Source of the DNA: an uncultured Planctomycetota bacterium
GTDB taxonomy: Bacteria > Planctomycetota > Phycisphaerae > Tepidisphaerales > Tepidisphaeraceae
DNA: 64,000 nt
Direction of reading: 5' to 3'
NCBI GenBank assembly: GCA_963841915.1
Contig: CAWJEN010000005.1
Coordinates: forward strand, 384,001 to 448,000
Part shown: in pieces, positions 19,685 through 28,747 of the stretch
Layout of the letters: each line of letters opens with the position of its first letter
Position numbering within the stretch: the first letter of the stretch is position 1
Made by a program: the position numbers and the translations under genes
Notes under the pieces: generated by a model
Told to the model about the DNA's origin: nothing
The model's input: only the letters and a program-made list of their open reading frames with translations
Databases searched by the model: none

Positions 19685-21353
19685 AATTCCTGCTGTTCCC
19701 TCGAGGACGCCCATCGTCGTCTCGTGGCTGCCGACGCTGTTGCTGGTGCCGACGCTGCTGGCGCTGTTTCTGACGCAGGACTCAGCCTGGGATCGATGGG
19801 CGTTGCAGGTCGCTTGCGTCGTCGTCCTGCTGGCCTCGGCTGTAGTCGTCGTGCTGTCGATGATGCTTGGCCGACGTCGCGTTGCGATGCCGCCCATGGC
19901 CGTGCTGGGAATCGTCGCGGCCAGCGTGTGGCTCTGGTGCTACGTCAACAGCGGCTTTGTCGACTGGGCTCAGGCGGCCCGGGCGGGTGACGGGCCGGGA
20001 TCGCGCGACCTCATCACGCGAAAGACGGTGCTCAACTATCACTGGCCTAATTACGGCACCGTCACGTCACCGGCGACATGGCTGCGGACGCTTGCCGTTA
20101 TTGCGGGCACGGTAACGGGTGCGGTGCTGGTTTGGCTTGCCGTGCACGCCCGTCGGCCGTTCATGGTGGCCGCTCTGGCGTCGCTCGCCATGGCCGCTTC
20201 GGCGGCGGGTGTGGCCCTGGGTGATCGGCCAGATCGCTGGTCGGGCGGCATGAGCGTTCAGGTCTGGAACGACCTCTACGTGGGCGTCACCGGCACAAAC
20301 GACGTCAATGGCATACCGACCCTGTTCCGAGAGTTCCATGCGTACCAGCGTGGCGACCTCGATCATCGCATCGGGCGCCTGCGGCAGTCGCACTACCCGA
20401 TCGGCCCGATCCTGCTGTACGGGCCAATGGGCGTGGTGCCGGGAAAGGTTCTGGTCTTTCTGCTGGCGTGCGGGTCGCCGATGCTGCTGTTCTTCGGTAT
20501 TCGAGCGTGGGGCGGGAGTTGCCGCGTTGCGTCGCTGTCGGCAGCGGTGCTGGCGGTCGACACGGAGCTGGTCCTGCAGGCGTCGCTGTACGTCGGTTCG
20601 CTGCTGCTGCCAGCAGCGTGCGGCGGGATCTGGCTCTGCGGCATTGCTCTCGGGCTCGGCCAAACTACATCGGTCCGAAGGCGAATGGCAGGTGCATTGG
20701 GACTCGGTGTGCTCGTGTGGGCAACCGTGCTGTTCACGTTCGGCATCGGCTTCTGGACCATTGCCACGGGCCTCGCCGGGCTCTGCATGGGGCTGCTTGG
20801 CCGAACCACTGCCAGTCGCCTCTCCATCACGGCTTTGCTCGCCTTGATCGGCCTCGTCAGCTTTACCCTGCTGACGTGGCTTCTGACCGGCTACAACGGC
20901 TACGACGCACTTCACACCGCACGCGGAGGCCACCACTCGGGCGTCATTCCGCCGATCTGGCGTGTCGGCGAATCCCTCTATTACTACAAGTCCGTCGGCA
21001 ACGCGATTGGCTTCTGGAGTGGACATGCCGTCGTGCTGGCTTTTGCGGTGCTCGGATTGCTGACGGTGGCCGTGCGGCGTGGGCCAAGCACTCCTGTCGC
21101 CGACGATGCAGGGCCGCTCGCCCTCGCGGCTGTGGCAGTGCTAGCCATTCCGGCTCTGGCCTTCAGCGGCAACTTCGCACTGGAGACTGAACGCGTCTGG
21201 CTGTTTCTCGCCCCCGCTTTGGCAGCCGGTGGCGGGTGGTGGCTGAGCCGCATCGAGCAGCAAAGCACCAGCAAAGGCGTCGGGATGGCGCTACTGACCT
21301 CTGCTGCGGTGACGGTGGTAACGTCCCTCGTTTACCGCAATACGCTCGGCTAA
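19668..21353 (+). CDS. Polytopic membrane protein, possible GT-C-type glycosyltransferase
   Basis: Many TM segments; HYPIGP loop and ETERVWLF motif. Function is inferred. Confidence 0.55.
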   Translation: MQRPDEIPAVPSRTPIVVSWLPTLLLVPTLLALFLTQDSAWDRWALQVACVVVLLASAVVVVLSMMLGRRRVAMPPMAVLGIVAASVWLWCYVNSGFVDWAQAARAGDGPGSRDLITRKTVLNYHWPNYGTVTSPATWLRTLAVIAGTVTGAVLVWLAVHARRPFMVAALASLAMAASAAGVALGDRPDRWSGGMSVQVWNDLYVGVTGTNDVNGIPTLFREFHAYQRGDLDHRIGRLRQSHYPIGPILLYGPMGVVPGKVLVFLLACGSPMLLFFGIRAWGGSCRVASLSAAVLAVDTELVLQASLYVGSLLLPAACGGIWLCGIALGLGQTTSVRRRMAGALGLGVLVWATVLFTFGIGFWTIATGLAGLCMGLLGRTTASRLSITALLALIGLVSFTLLTWLLTGYNGYDALHTARGGHHSGVIPPIWRVGESLYYYKSVGNAIGFWSGHAVVLAFAVLGLLTVAVRRGPSTPVADDAGPLALAAVAVLAIPALAFSGNFALETERVWLFLAPALAAGGGWWLSRIEQQSTSKGVGMALLTSAAVTVVTSLVYRNTLG

Positions 21354-21483
21354 ACCGGCAGTGGTCACACAGCGTGTCACACAATGGCCCTGTACGATTA
21401 GGCAGGTGTGGGGCCGACGAACGGCTGCAAGAAACATCCCCAAACCAGCGTTAAGCGGCTTTTAAAGCTGCATTCGCAACCCG

Positions 21484-22117
21484 GGGCAGACAAAGGAGTC
21501 GCGGGCCTGTTGTTCACCTTGATGGCGAATAAAGGGGTCGCGAGCCTTGTTGTGGCTTACCCGGCATTAGCGGGCCGACATCTGGGCGGCGAATAAAGGG
21601 GTCGGGCGAATAAAGGGGTCGCGAGCCTTTGTTTTGGCTCACCCGGCGGCGAATAAAGGGAGGCGGCGAATAAAGGGGTCGCGAGCCTTTGTTTTGGCTT
21701 ACTTGGCATTAGCGGGCCGACATCTGGGCGAATAAAGGGGTCGCGAGCCTTTGTTTTGGCTTACTTGGCATTAGCGGGCCGACATCTGGCTTGGTGGAGG
21801 GCTGCCGCACGCGGTTCATCTTAATGGATTCCGCCCGTGTCGGACACCGGGCGACGGCGGGCCCCGCGGCCGCAGGACGAGGTGCCAGTGGTTCGGCATC
21901 AGGCACCACGCCAACACGTCGACCCGCTTGGCCTTGCCGGCGAATAAAGGGGTCGCGAGCCTTTGTTTGGGCGAATAAAGGGGGGCGAATAAAGGGGTCG
22001 CGAGCCTTTGTTTTGGCTCACCCGGCATTAGCGGGCCGACACCAGGCATGGTGGAGGGCTGCCGCACGCGGTTCACCGTAATGGATTCCGCCCGTGTCGG
22101 ACAGCGGGCGACGGCGG
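21484..22117 (+). repeat. REP-like array: 9 copies starting GGCGAATAAAGGG plus one degenerate copy
   Basis: Starts at 21524, 21588, 21605, 21648, 21665, 21727, 21939, 21970, 21984; degenerate GGGCAGACAAAGGAGTCGCGGGC at 21484; hairpin AATAAAGG..TCGCGA..CCTTTGTT. Confidence 0.9.
21861..21938 (-). pseudogene. REP-associated tyrosine transposase (RAYT, Y1 HUH) internal fragment
   Basis: Translates VDVLAWCLMPNHWHLVLRPRG, the HUH motif of IS200/RAYT-type transposases. Confidence 0.8.
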
Positions 22118-22449
22118 ACGCTGCGGCAGCGTTCGGAGGGGCGGCGGCACGTTGGGAGCTGCTGCTGGTCAACATTTCTGGCGTCGTGGTGGGATGACGG
22201 GTCTGCTTGCCGAAGGCGTCGGCTGATTCGTCGACGAGTCACCGCTGCAAAGGGCTAGTACGCGATTGGAAGCGGTCCTATCAGGCGACTGTGTTGCGCG
22301 TTGGCGGCCGCGGCGGCGGGTATGTTCTACGACCGCAAACACACGTACGGCGGCCTTCCCTTGTGTTACGGCAAACGCAATCGGTGGCGCTCCGCTTACT
22401 CAGTAAGAACGACCCGTCGACGCGTTTTCATGTGCCGGGCGGTGCCCAT

Positions 22450-22465
22450 TGTTCCACGTGGAACA
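22450..22465. promoter_or_regulatory. parS site
   Basis: TGTTCCACGTGGAACA. Confidence 0.85.
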
Positions 22466-22525
22466 GCGGCCGAGCCTCGGCGACGGTGGCAGACCCGTCT
22501 GGCGGGTCCTGGCGAGGGTGGTCCA

Positions 22526-22541
22526 TGTTCCACGTGGAACA
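22526..22541. promoter_or_regulatory. parS site
   Basis: TGTTCCACGTGGAACA. Confidence 0.85.
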
Positions 22542-22637
22542 TTGGACGCTCGGATCGCGATCTGCCCCCCACGTTGGCCGCCGCCGCGCAACGGTTGAAA
22601 TGGCCTCGACGGAAGTTTCTGCGGCTTTTGTGCATGC

Positions 22638-22662
22638 AAAAGGCCGATCGTTGATCGGCCTT
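22638..22662 (-). terminator. Terminator after tRNA-Ile
   Basis: AAGGCCGATC/GATCGGCCTT stem with a T-run on the minus strand. Confidence 0.7.
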
Positions 22663-22678
22663 GCGGGATCTACTTCAG

Positions 22679-22752
22679 TGGGCGCACGTGGACTCGAACC
22701 ACGGACCTCGTCCTTATCAGGGACGCGCTCTAACCAGCTGAGCTATGCGCCC
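22679..22752 (-). tRNA. tRNA-Ile(GAT)
   Basis: Minus strand reads GGGCGCATAGCTCAGCTGGTTAGAGCGCGTCCCTGATAAGGACGAGGTCCGTGGTTCGAGTCCACGTGCGCCCA. Confidence 0.95.
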
Positions 22753-22797
22753 GGTTAGCGGGCCGGGACGGTAGGACGCCGACCCGCGGTGTCAAGC

Positions 22798-25467
22798 CTA
22801 GCGGCTTGCCCGCTCCTCGGTGGAGGCGAAGATCGATGCCGGACGGCTCAGCGATTGGCCGAACCCGCCGCGGAGCAGGGCGAAGTCGAGGATGCTGGTG
22901 CTGGCGTCGTAGTTGAAGTCGCCCTCGGACCAGACGGTGTCAGGCTGCCCGAAGCCGCTGCGAAGGCGGGCGAAGTCGAGAATGCTGACGGCGGCGTCGA
23001 GGTTGGCGTCTCCGTAGAGGGATCGTTTGAGCAGCACGTCGTCTTGGTCGAGTGCGAAGCCGAGATCGTCGTCGAGCTCCACATCACCCGCCGAGCCGTA
23101 GCCGACACCGACGAAGGAGGAGGTCGCGTTGCTGACGATGCCGAATCCGTTCCAGGCACCGCCGGCGTAGCCGCTGGCGACCTGGTCGGCGACGAAGGAT
23201 TCCGCCCCGCCGCCGGTCGCGGTGAGCAGGACGATCTGGTCGCCGATGTCGAGTTGGCTGTCGCTTTCGATATCGAGCCCGGGCGCGGTTGCGGTACCGA
23301 CCGGTCCGCTGACTCGCCAGGCGGCGTCGGCGGGACCGACCAGCGTCGCCTCGGCCCCGTCAAGGACAGACAAACCGGCGAGTCGCACGGCTTGGCCCGG
23401 ACCAGGCGTCTGCGTCAGCAGCAGTTCGCCGTCGAGCTCAACGGAGGATTCGTCGAAGGTGACCGTCGGAGCGTTGGCGTACGTGCCAACGGGCACGATC
23501 AGGTCATCAGCGTCGAACTGCACGACACCGCCCCTTGCCGACGCGTTAAGTGACTCGAAAGGCAGTTGGACGCGGATGGGGCTGCCGGGGCGGGCGAGCA
23601 CGGAGAAACCGTCTTGCACGTCGCCACCCAGGTCGGGGACGTAGCCGTCGACGTCAGCCGTCCAGAGTCGGAAGCTTGGCTCTGAAGGTGACGCAGAGTC
23701 ACCGATCGTGGTGCTGAGGCCTCCGCTGGCGACATTGACGTTGACGAAGTTTGCATCGCCCGCGTCGCCAAGGATGCGGACGCCGTTGCCGTTGTAGCTG
23801 TCGGGCAGCAGGACGACCGGCGTGTTGCTCGTGACCGTGTCGCCAGCGATTCGGATGACGTGGTCCTCCACCTCGCCGACACCGCCAAATCCGCCCGGAC
23901 CGGTGACTGCGTTGCCGCGGCTGAGGCGATAGCGTGCGTAGGTGTCACCGACGAGGGCACCAGCGGGCACATCGACAGGTGCCGTGATCACAAGGGCGTT
24001 AGGTGACACGGCAACACTGTCGACCGCGTGTTCACCGGCATCGTTCCAGTCGCCGTCGCGGTTCCAGTCAAACCAGGCGTCAAGTCGTGCGTCGCTGAAG
24101 CTGTTGCGCAGGTTGACCCTCACGGCGTTCTTCAAGCCGCGGGCAAAGGCCTGCGGGAAAACAGCGTCCTCGTCATCGCTGCCGCCGATGTCATCGCCTG
24201 TCGCGTTGATGCTCGACTGCCCGTCGGTCTCGAGGTCACCACCGACGGCACCGAGGGAGAAGCCGGGCGTCACCGAGTGCCTCGCGCCGTCGCTGGCCAG
24301 GAGCGTCGGGTATCGCAGGATCGAGCCGGAGAACTCGGGTGCATCGCCGAAGTCGAACGTCTGAACGGGCGGCGTGAAGGTGTTGATGGTGACCTGGTAG
24401 TCCTCGACCTCGCCGAAGCCGCCGTCTTCAATGGGTGATGTGACAACCTTGTCGCTGAATCGGAACCGCATGAACGTCTGCCCGGCACTTGCACCGCTGG
24501 GAACGCTGATATCGATGTCGTTCGCACCGGCCCGAATGACATCCTGGAACACGAGGTCACTTTGATCGAACTCGCCGTTGCCGTCGAGGTCGAGCCAGAC
24601 GGACAGTTGGCCGTCGTCGCCTGCCGTCACTCGGACGGTGTCGGTGCGGTTCTGACGGAAGTCATCTGAGAACTCGACGCCGTCCTCGTCGTCAACGGCC
24701 TTTGGATTCTCGTCGTCCTTGTCGGCGTTAGGGCTGGGCTGGCCGTCGTTTTCGCTGTCCCAGGCCTCACCGAGGATGAGTTTGGACTGGAACTGGTGGC
24801 GAGCGCCTTTACCAGCCAGGGTGGTGCCGTAGCTGTCAGGAGCGTCACCGAAATCGTCCTGCGTGACCGGGGGCACCCCGTCGTCGATGCGGATGCGGTA
24901 GTCCTCGACTTCGCCTGCCGCTCCGATGCCGGTGGCGCCGGGGATCACATCGTTGGAGACGCGGAAGCGGGCGTAGGTGTCGCCGTTCTTCGCACCTGCT
25001 GGTACCGCGACGTTGAACGTGTTACTGCCCTGCTGCACCGGGCCGTCGTAGATGAGGTCGCCTGCGTCGAACCGACCATCGCCGCCGAAATCGATCCATG
25101 CCATTGCCATACCCGGCTCGTTGGCGACCAACATCGTGACCGGGAACGAGCTTCCGGGTGGCACGGCGGCCGGCAGGCTCACGCCGTCTTCGTCGTCAAC
25201 GTTGTCAGCGTCATCGCCAAGGGCGTTTGTGCTGGGCAGGCCGTTACTTTCGATGTCGATACTGGCACCGAAGCGAATCTCCGCCGGGGCCACCTCGTGC
25301 ACGGCACCGTTGTCAGCTCGAAGCGTTCCGTACGAGGCGGGTGCGTCGCCGAAGTCGCTCTCACCGCTCGGAAACGGATACATCTCGGCTACCGGGTTGG
25401 CGGCAAGCAGGACGCGGCGGTCAAGACGTTCGATGCGAGCAGTAGCAGCGAGTGTTTCTCTCTCCAT
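22798..25467 (-). CDS. Extracellular protein with three GEVED domains and C-terminal dockerin-like repeats
   Basis: IERLDRRVLLA N-terminus; DFGDAP...DDED...GEVED three times; GDANLD..VSILDF and GDFNYD..TSILDF. Confidence 0.85.
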   Translation of the reverse strand: MERETLAATARIERLDRRVLLAANPVAEMYPFPSGESDFGDAPASYGTLRADNGAVHEVAPAEIRFGASIDIESNGLPSTNALGDDADNVDDEDGVSLPAAVPPGSSFPVTMLVANEPGMAMAWIDFGGDGRFDAGDLIYDGPVQQGSNTFNVAVPAGAKNGDTYARFRVSNDVIPGATGIGAAGEVEDYRIRIDDGVPPVTQDDFGDAPDSYGTTLAGKGARHQFQSKLILGEAWDSENDGQPSPNADKDDENPKAVDDEDGVEFSDDFRQNRTDTVRVTAGDDGQLSVWLDLDGNGEFDQSDLVFQDVIRAGANDIDISVPSGASAGQTFMRFRFSDKVVTSPIEDGGFGEVEDYQVTINTFTPPVQTFDFGDAPEFSGSILRYPTLLASDGARHSVTPGFSLGAVGGDLETDGQSSINATGDDIGGSDDEDAVFPQAFARGLKNAVRVNLRNSFSDARLDAWFDWNRDGDWNDAGEHAVDSVAVSPNALVITAPVDVPAGALVGDTYARYRLSRGNAVTGPGGFGGVGEVEDHVIRIAGDTVTSNTPVVLLPDSYNGNGVRILGDAGDANFVNVNVASGGLSTTIGDSASPSEPSFRLWTADVDGYVPDLGGDVQDGFSVLARPGSPIRVQLPFESLNASARGGVVQFDADDLIVPVGTYANAPTVTFDESSVELDGELLLTQTPGPGQAVRLAGLSVLDGAEATLVGPADAAWRVSGPVGTATAPGLDIESDSQLDIGDQIVLLTATGGGAESFVADQVASGYAGGAWNGFGIVSNATSSFVGVGYGSAGDVELDDDLGFALDQDDVLLKRSLYGDANLDAAVSILDFARLRSGFGQPDTVWSEGDFNYDASTSILDFALLRGGFGQSLSRPASIFASTEERASR

Positions 25468-25599
25468 GCGTCGCAACCTATCGCTAAGGCCGGCTGGGCA
25501 ACATCTTTTTGCCGCAGTTGCCGTCATTTTTGCTGTTCTACGCTGCCGCGTGACCGCTCCGTACCACTTCGACAGGTTCTAACGCTTACGACGACCTGC

Positions 25600-26904
25600 T
25601 TGCAGGGCAACTGCTGCGTCGTCGGCCTCCAATGGGGCGACGAAGGCAAAGGCAAGATCGTCGACGTTCTCACCGAGTCGGCCGACGTCGTCGTCCGCTA
25701 CTGCGGCGGAGCTAATGCAGGTCACAGCGTCAAGATCGGCGACAAGCGCTACGCTACCCACCTGCTGCCCGTCGGTGTCTTCCGCGACGGCGTCATGAAC
25801 TACCTGGGTAACGGCGTGGTGATCGACCCCGACGTACTCATCCGCGAGATCGACACGTTGAACAAGGAAGGCGTCGCCGTTACGCCCGCCAACCTGCGGA
25901 TCAGCTACAAGGCGCACGTCGTCATGCCGTACCACAAGGTCGCCGACGCCGCCCGCGAGATGCGCATGGCAGGCGAGGCCATCGGCACCACGCGTCGCGG
26001 CATCGGTCCGGCCTACAGCGACAAGGCCACCCGTTCGACGGCCATCCGCGTGGCCGACCTGGCCGGCGTTGTCGACCTGCCCGACGGCGAGAAGCGGCTG
26101 ATGGACAAGGTGTATGCCATCGTCGAGGAGCGGAACATCGTGCTGGCCGCCCTGTACGAGACGCCGCCGACGGATCCGGAAGAGGTGTATCAGCAGTGTC
26201 TTGAATGGGGCCGCCGTTTGCACCCCTTTGTCAGCGATACGGGCAGGCGGCTGCTGCTCGATCGCGAGGCGAACAAGAAGATCGTCTTCGAAGGAGCTCA
26301 TGCCGTCCTGCTCGACCTTGACCACGGCACGTTTCCGTACGTCACGAGCTCCAACTGCTCTGCCCTTGGCCTCTTCACCGGTGCTGGCGTCCCGCCGCGG
26401 AGCGTGGAGCAGTTCGTCGGAGTGCTGAAGGCATACTCGACCCGCGTCGGCGGTGGACCGTTCCCGACGGAGCTGCACGACGACGTCGGCAGCGCCATCC
26501 GCGAGCGTGGGCGCGAGTACGGCACGACCACCGGTCGCCCACGTCGCGTCGGTTGGTTCGACGCCGTCGCCGCCCGGTACGCCAGCGATCTGTGCGGCTG
26601 CACGTCGCTGACGATCAACCTGCTCGACGTGCTCAGCGGCATCGGCACGCTGCAGATCTGCACCGGCTACACACTCGGCGGCGAGCCGCTCGACTACTTC
26701 CGGGCCGACATGGACACACTCGCCGGTGTCTCGCCCGTCTTCGAAGAGCTGACCGGCTGGGACGAAGACATCAGCGGCTGCCGCAACTACAGCGACCTGC
26801 CTGCCGCGGCCAGGGCATACGTCGAACGCATCGAAGCTGCCTGCGGCGTCCGCGTGGCCATGGTCAGCGTCGGCCCGGAGCGTGACGCCATCCTCCGTCG
26901 TTAG
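25600..26904 (+). CDS. purA: Adenylosuccinate synthetase
   Basis: QWGDEGKGK, GGANAGH, IGTTRRGIGPAY, GTFPYVTSS and EYGTTTGRPRRVGWFD; start inferred at TTG 25600. Confidence 0.95.
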   Translation: MQGNCCVVGLQWGDEGKGKIVDVLTESADVVVRYCGGANAGHSVKIGDKRYATHLLPVGVFRDGVMNYLGNGVVIDPDVLIREIDTLNKEGVAVTPANLRISYKAHVVMPYHKVADAAREMRMAGEAIGTTRRGIGPAYSDKATRSTAIRVADLAGVVDLPDGEKRLMDKVYAIVEERNIVLAALYETPPTDPEEVYQQCLEWGRRLHPFVSDTGRRLLLDREANKKIVFEGAHAVLLDLDHGTFPYVTSSNCSALGLFTGAGVPPRSVEQFVGVLKAYSTRVGGGPFPTELHDDVGSAIRERGREYGTTTGRPRRVGWFDAVAARYASDLCGCTSLTINLLDVLSGIGTLQICTGYTLGGEPLDYFRADMDTLAGVSPVFEELTGWDEDISGCRNYSDLPAAARAYVERIEAACGVRVAMVSVGPERDAILRR

Positions 26905-28676
26905 AACGACACTTCTTCGTCGCCTGCTTGCAGCAGGCCCCGCAGATCGACGGGCGGCAGCTCCGGAGCTGGCAGCATCACCCCAGGCAAAACGCCAGAT
27001 GCTGGCCCGCTACCGACACGGATAAGCGTGACATCGCCGCGTCGCCACAACACGCGATCCTTCGGCGGCTGATACATCACCGGCACGACCGGTTCACCGG
27101 CCGCCGTGTTCGTCACCTCCCGACGCACCGCCTCGATCGCCATCTGCCGCATCGGCTCGACCTGTGGCAAGCGATCAAGCATGTGGGCACGAAACAGGAA
27201 CACGTCCACCCCGTACACGTCCGCCAGCTGATCGACCGTCGCCCAATCGGTTGCGTAGTACGCGTCGAAGCTCGCCTGCAGACGTGGCACGAAGTAGGTC
27301 TCGAAAAACTGCGGGTAATACGGTTGCGCTACCTCGTAATTAACGAGCACCGGCCGCCCCGTCCGCAGCGGCACGTCGTCGACCTCGTCGGGCAGAGGCA
27401 AGCCCGCGATCAGCGTGTCCGGCGGCGTCGTCTGCAGATAGGCATACGTACTCGCATTGCTGGGATTCTCGCCGCGGTTGCGCAGTGCGTCGACCGACGG
27501 CTTGACCTGCATCGCCAGGTATACAGCCCACAAAGCCGCGGTGACGTAAGGCCGGAGGCTGGGCTTCAGCTTCCACCAGTCGGCCACGCGACGCCCGGCC
27601 GGAACACACAACACGCCCATCACCATCGCTAGCGACAACGGCAGCGTGATCACCACGTGCCGGTTTGGCAGATACAACATGAACAGCGTCAGGTGCGCGA
27701 TGACGAATAGCACCAGCCCTACCGCAGCCGGCAGCCACGTCATCGGCGGCAGTCGCTTGATGGCGTCGCGACCCGCGAGCAGCGCCAGAACGGCGATAAC
27801 GCCGAGACCGCCAAGCAGCCAGCCGACGCTGAGCCGCAGGCCGGTCCGGTGGTGGTCGAAGTACGTCTCGATCGGGTCGTCGAGGAACAGCGCGTTGCGT
27901 CCGTCTGGCCCGAACGAGGGCAGCGACATCGCCTTGTCGTACGTCACGACCGGCCCGTATTCCGCAGGTGGATTGCGGAGAAACAGAATGAGACTCATGG
28001 CAATTACGCCGCAGATGGTGGCGACCCACCAGTACCTCGGCAGGCGTCGGTCGCGCAGAAGCCGCCACGACTCGTAGACGACGGCGATCGCGCCGATGCT
28101 GATGATCGTGATCGGGTACAGCAACGCCGCGGCGAGGAAACAGAGGCCCAGCACGATCATCTGCCGGGCGTGCAGCGCGTATATAGCCAGTACGGTGATC
28201 GGAAGCGAGAAGCCGCGTTGCAGCAGGCCGCCCGGCATCCAGCCGTTGAGGATCGATATGCCTCCGCACGCGGCGACGCCCACGAGGCCGACCCAAGGCG
28301 AACCGCCACCGATGCGCTTGAACAGTCGCCACATCAGCCACGACGTCAGGAAGAACAAACCAAGCCCCGCCAGCTCGGCCACCATCTGGATCTCTCCCAG
28401 CCGCCCCATGACCTGAACAATGACCCGCCACAGAGGCGGCGATGCAACGTCCGACGCCTGAAACCGCGCGATCGGGTCGACCGCCAGCAAGTCCGCGCCC
28501 CAGGCCCGTTGTCCCCAGAACACGTGCTGCCGAAGGTCACCGTCGAGCGACTGGTCACGCAATAGCAGCCGGACGTACCGCCGCGTAGCGAACAGCAGCA
28601 CGAGCACGATCGCCAGCAACGCCGGCAGGCGTGAGGCCAGGGACGGTCCGGAAGGTGTGCTGTCAACATCTCGCAT
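26901..28676 (-). CDS. Polytopic membrane protein, possible GT-C-type glycosyltransferase
   Basis: D.RQHVFW N-terminal loop, many TM helices, LYLPNR, soluble C-terminal domain (TPPDTLIAG.P...D.VP). Confidence 0.6.
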   Translation of the reverse strand: MRDVDSTPSGPSLASRLPALLAIVLVLLFATRRYVRLLLRDQSLDGDLRQHVFWGQRAWGADLLAVDPIARFQASDVASPPLWRVIVQVMGRLGEIQMVAELAGLGLFFLTSWLMWRLFKRIGGGSPWVGLVGVAACGGISILNGWMPGGLLQRGFSLPITVLAIYALHARQMIVLGLCFLAAALLYPITIISIGAIAVVYESWRLLRDRRLPRYWWVATICGVIAMSLILFLRNPPAEYGPVVTYDKAMSLPSFGPDGRNALFLDDPIETYFDHHRTGLRLSVGWLLGGLGVIAVLALLAGRDAIKRLPPMTWLPAAVGLVLFVIAHLTLFMLYLPNRHVVITLPLSLAMVMGVLCVPAGRRVADWWKLKPSLRPYVTAALWAVYLAMQVKPSVDALRNRGENPSNASTYAYLQTTPPDTLIAGLPLPDEVDDVPLRTGRPVLVNYEVAQPYYPQFFETYFVPRLQASFDAYYATDWATVDQLADVYGVDVFLFRAHMLDRLPQVEPMRQMAIEAVRREVTNTAAGEPVVPVMYQPPKDRVLWRRGDVTLIRVGSGPASGVLPGVMLPAPELPPVDLRGLLQAGDEEVSF

Positions 28677-28747
28677 AGCGACTCGACGGTTGTAGGCGGC
28701 ACGTGATGTCGCCCCGGCGGGCTTCGACCCGCTACCGTCGCGGCCGC

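Noticed and set aside
21524..22117. CRISPR array
   Set aside because: Unit lengths are irregular (14-212 bp), inter-repeat sequences are shared rather than unique spacers, and there are no cas genes; the RAYT fragment explains the array better.
19003..22752. Integrative element at either tRNA
   Set aside because: No integrase and no duplicated tRNA 3' end (att site) seen in the window.
24796..25599. N-terminal extension on PurA (702-aa ORF)
   Set aside because: It overlaps the GEVED gene antisense; PurA motifs begin near 25600.
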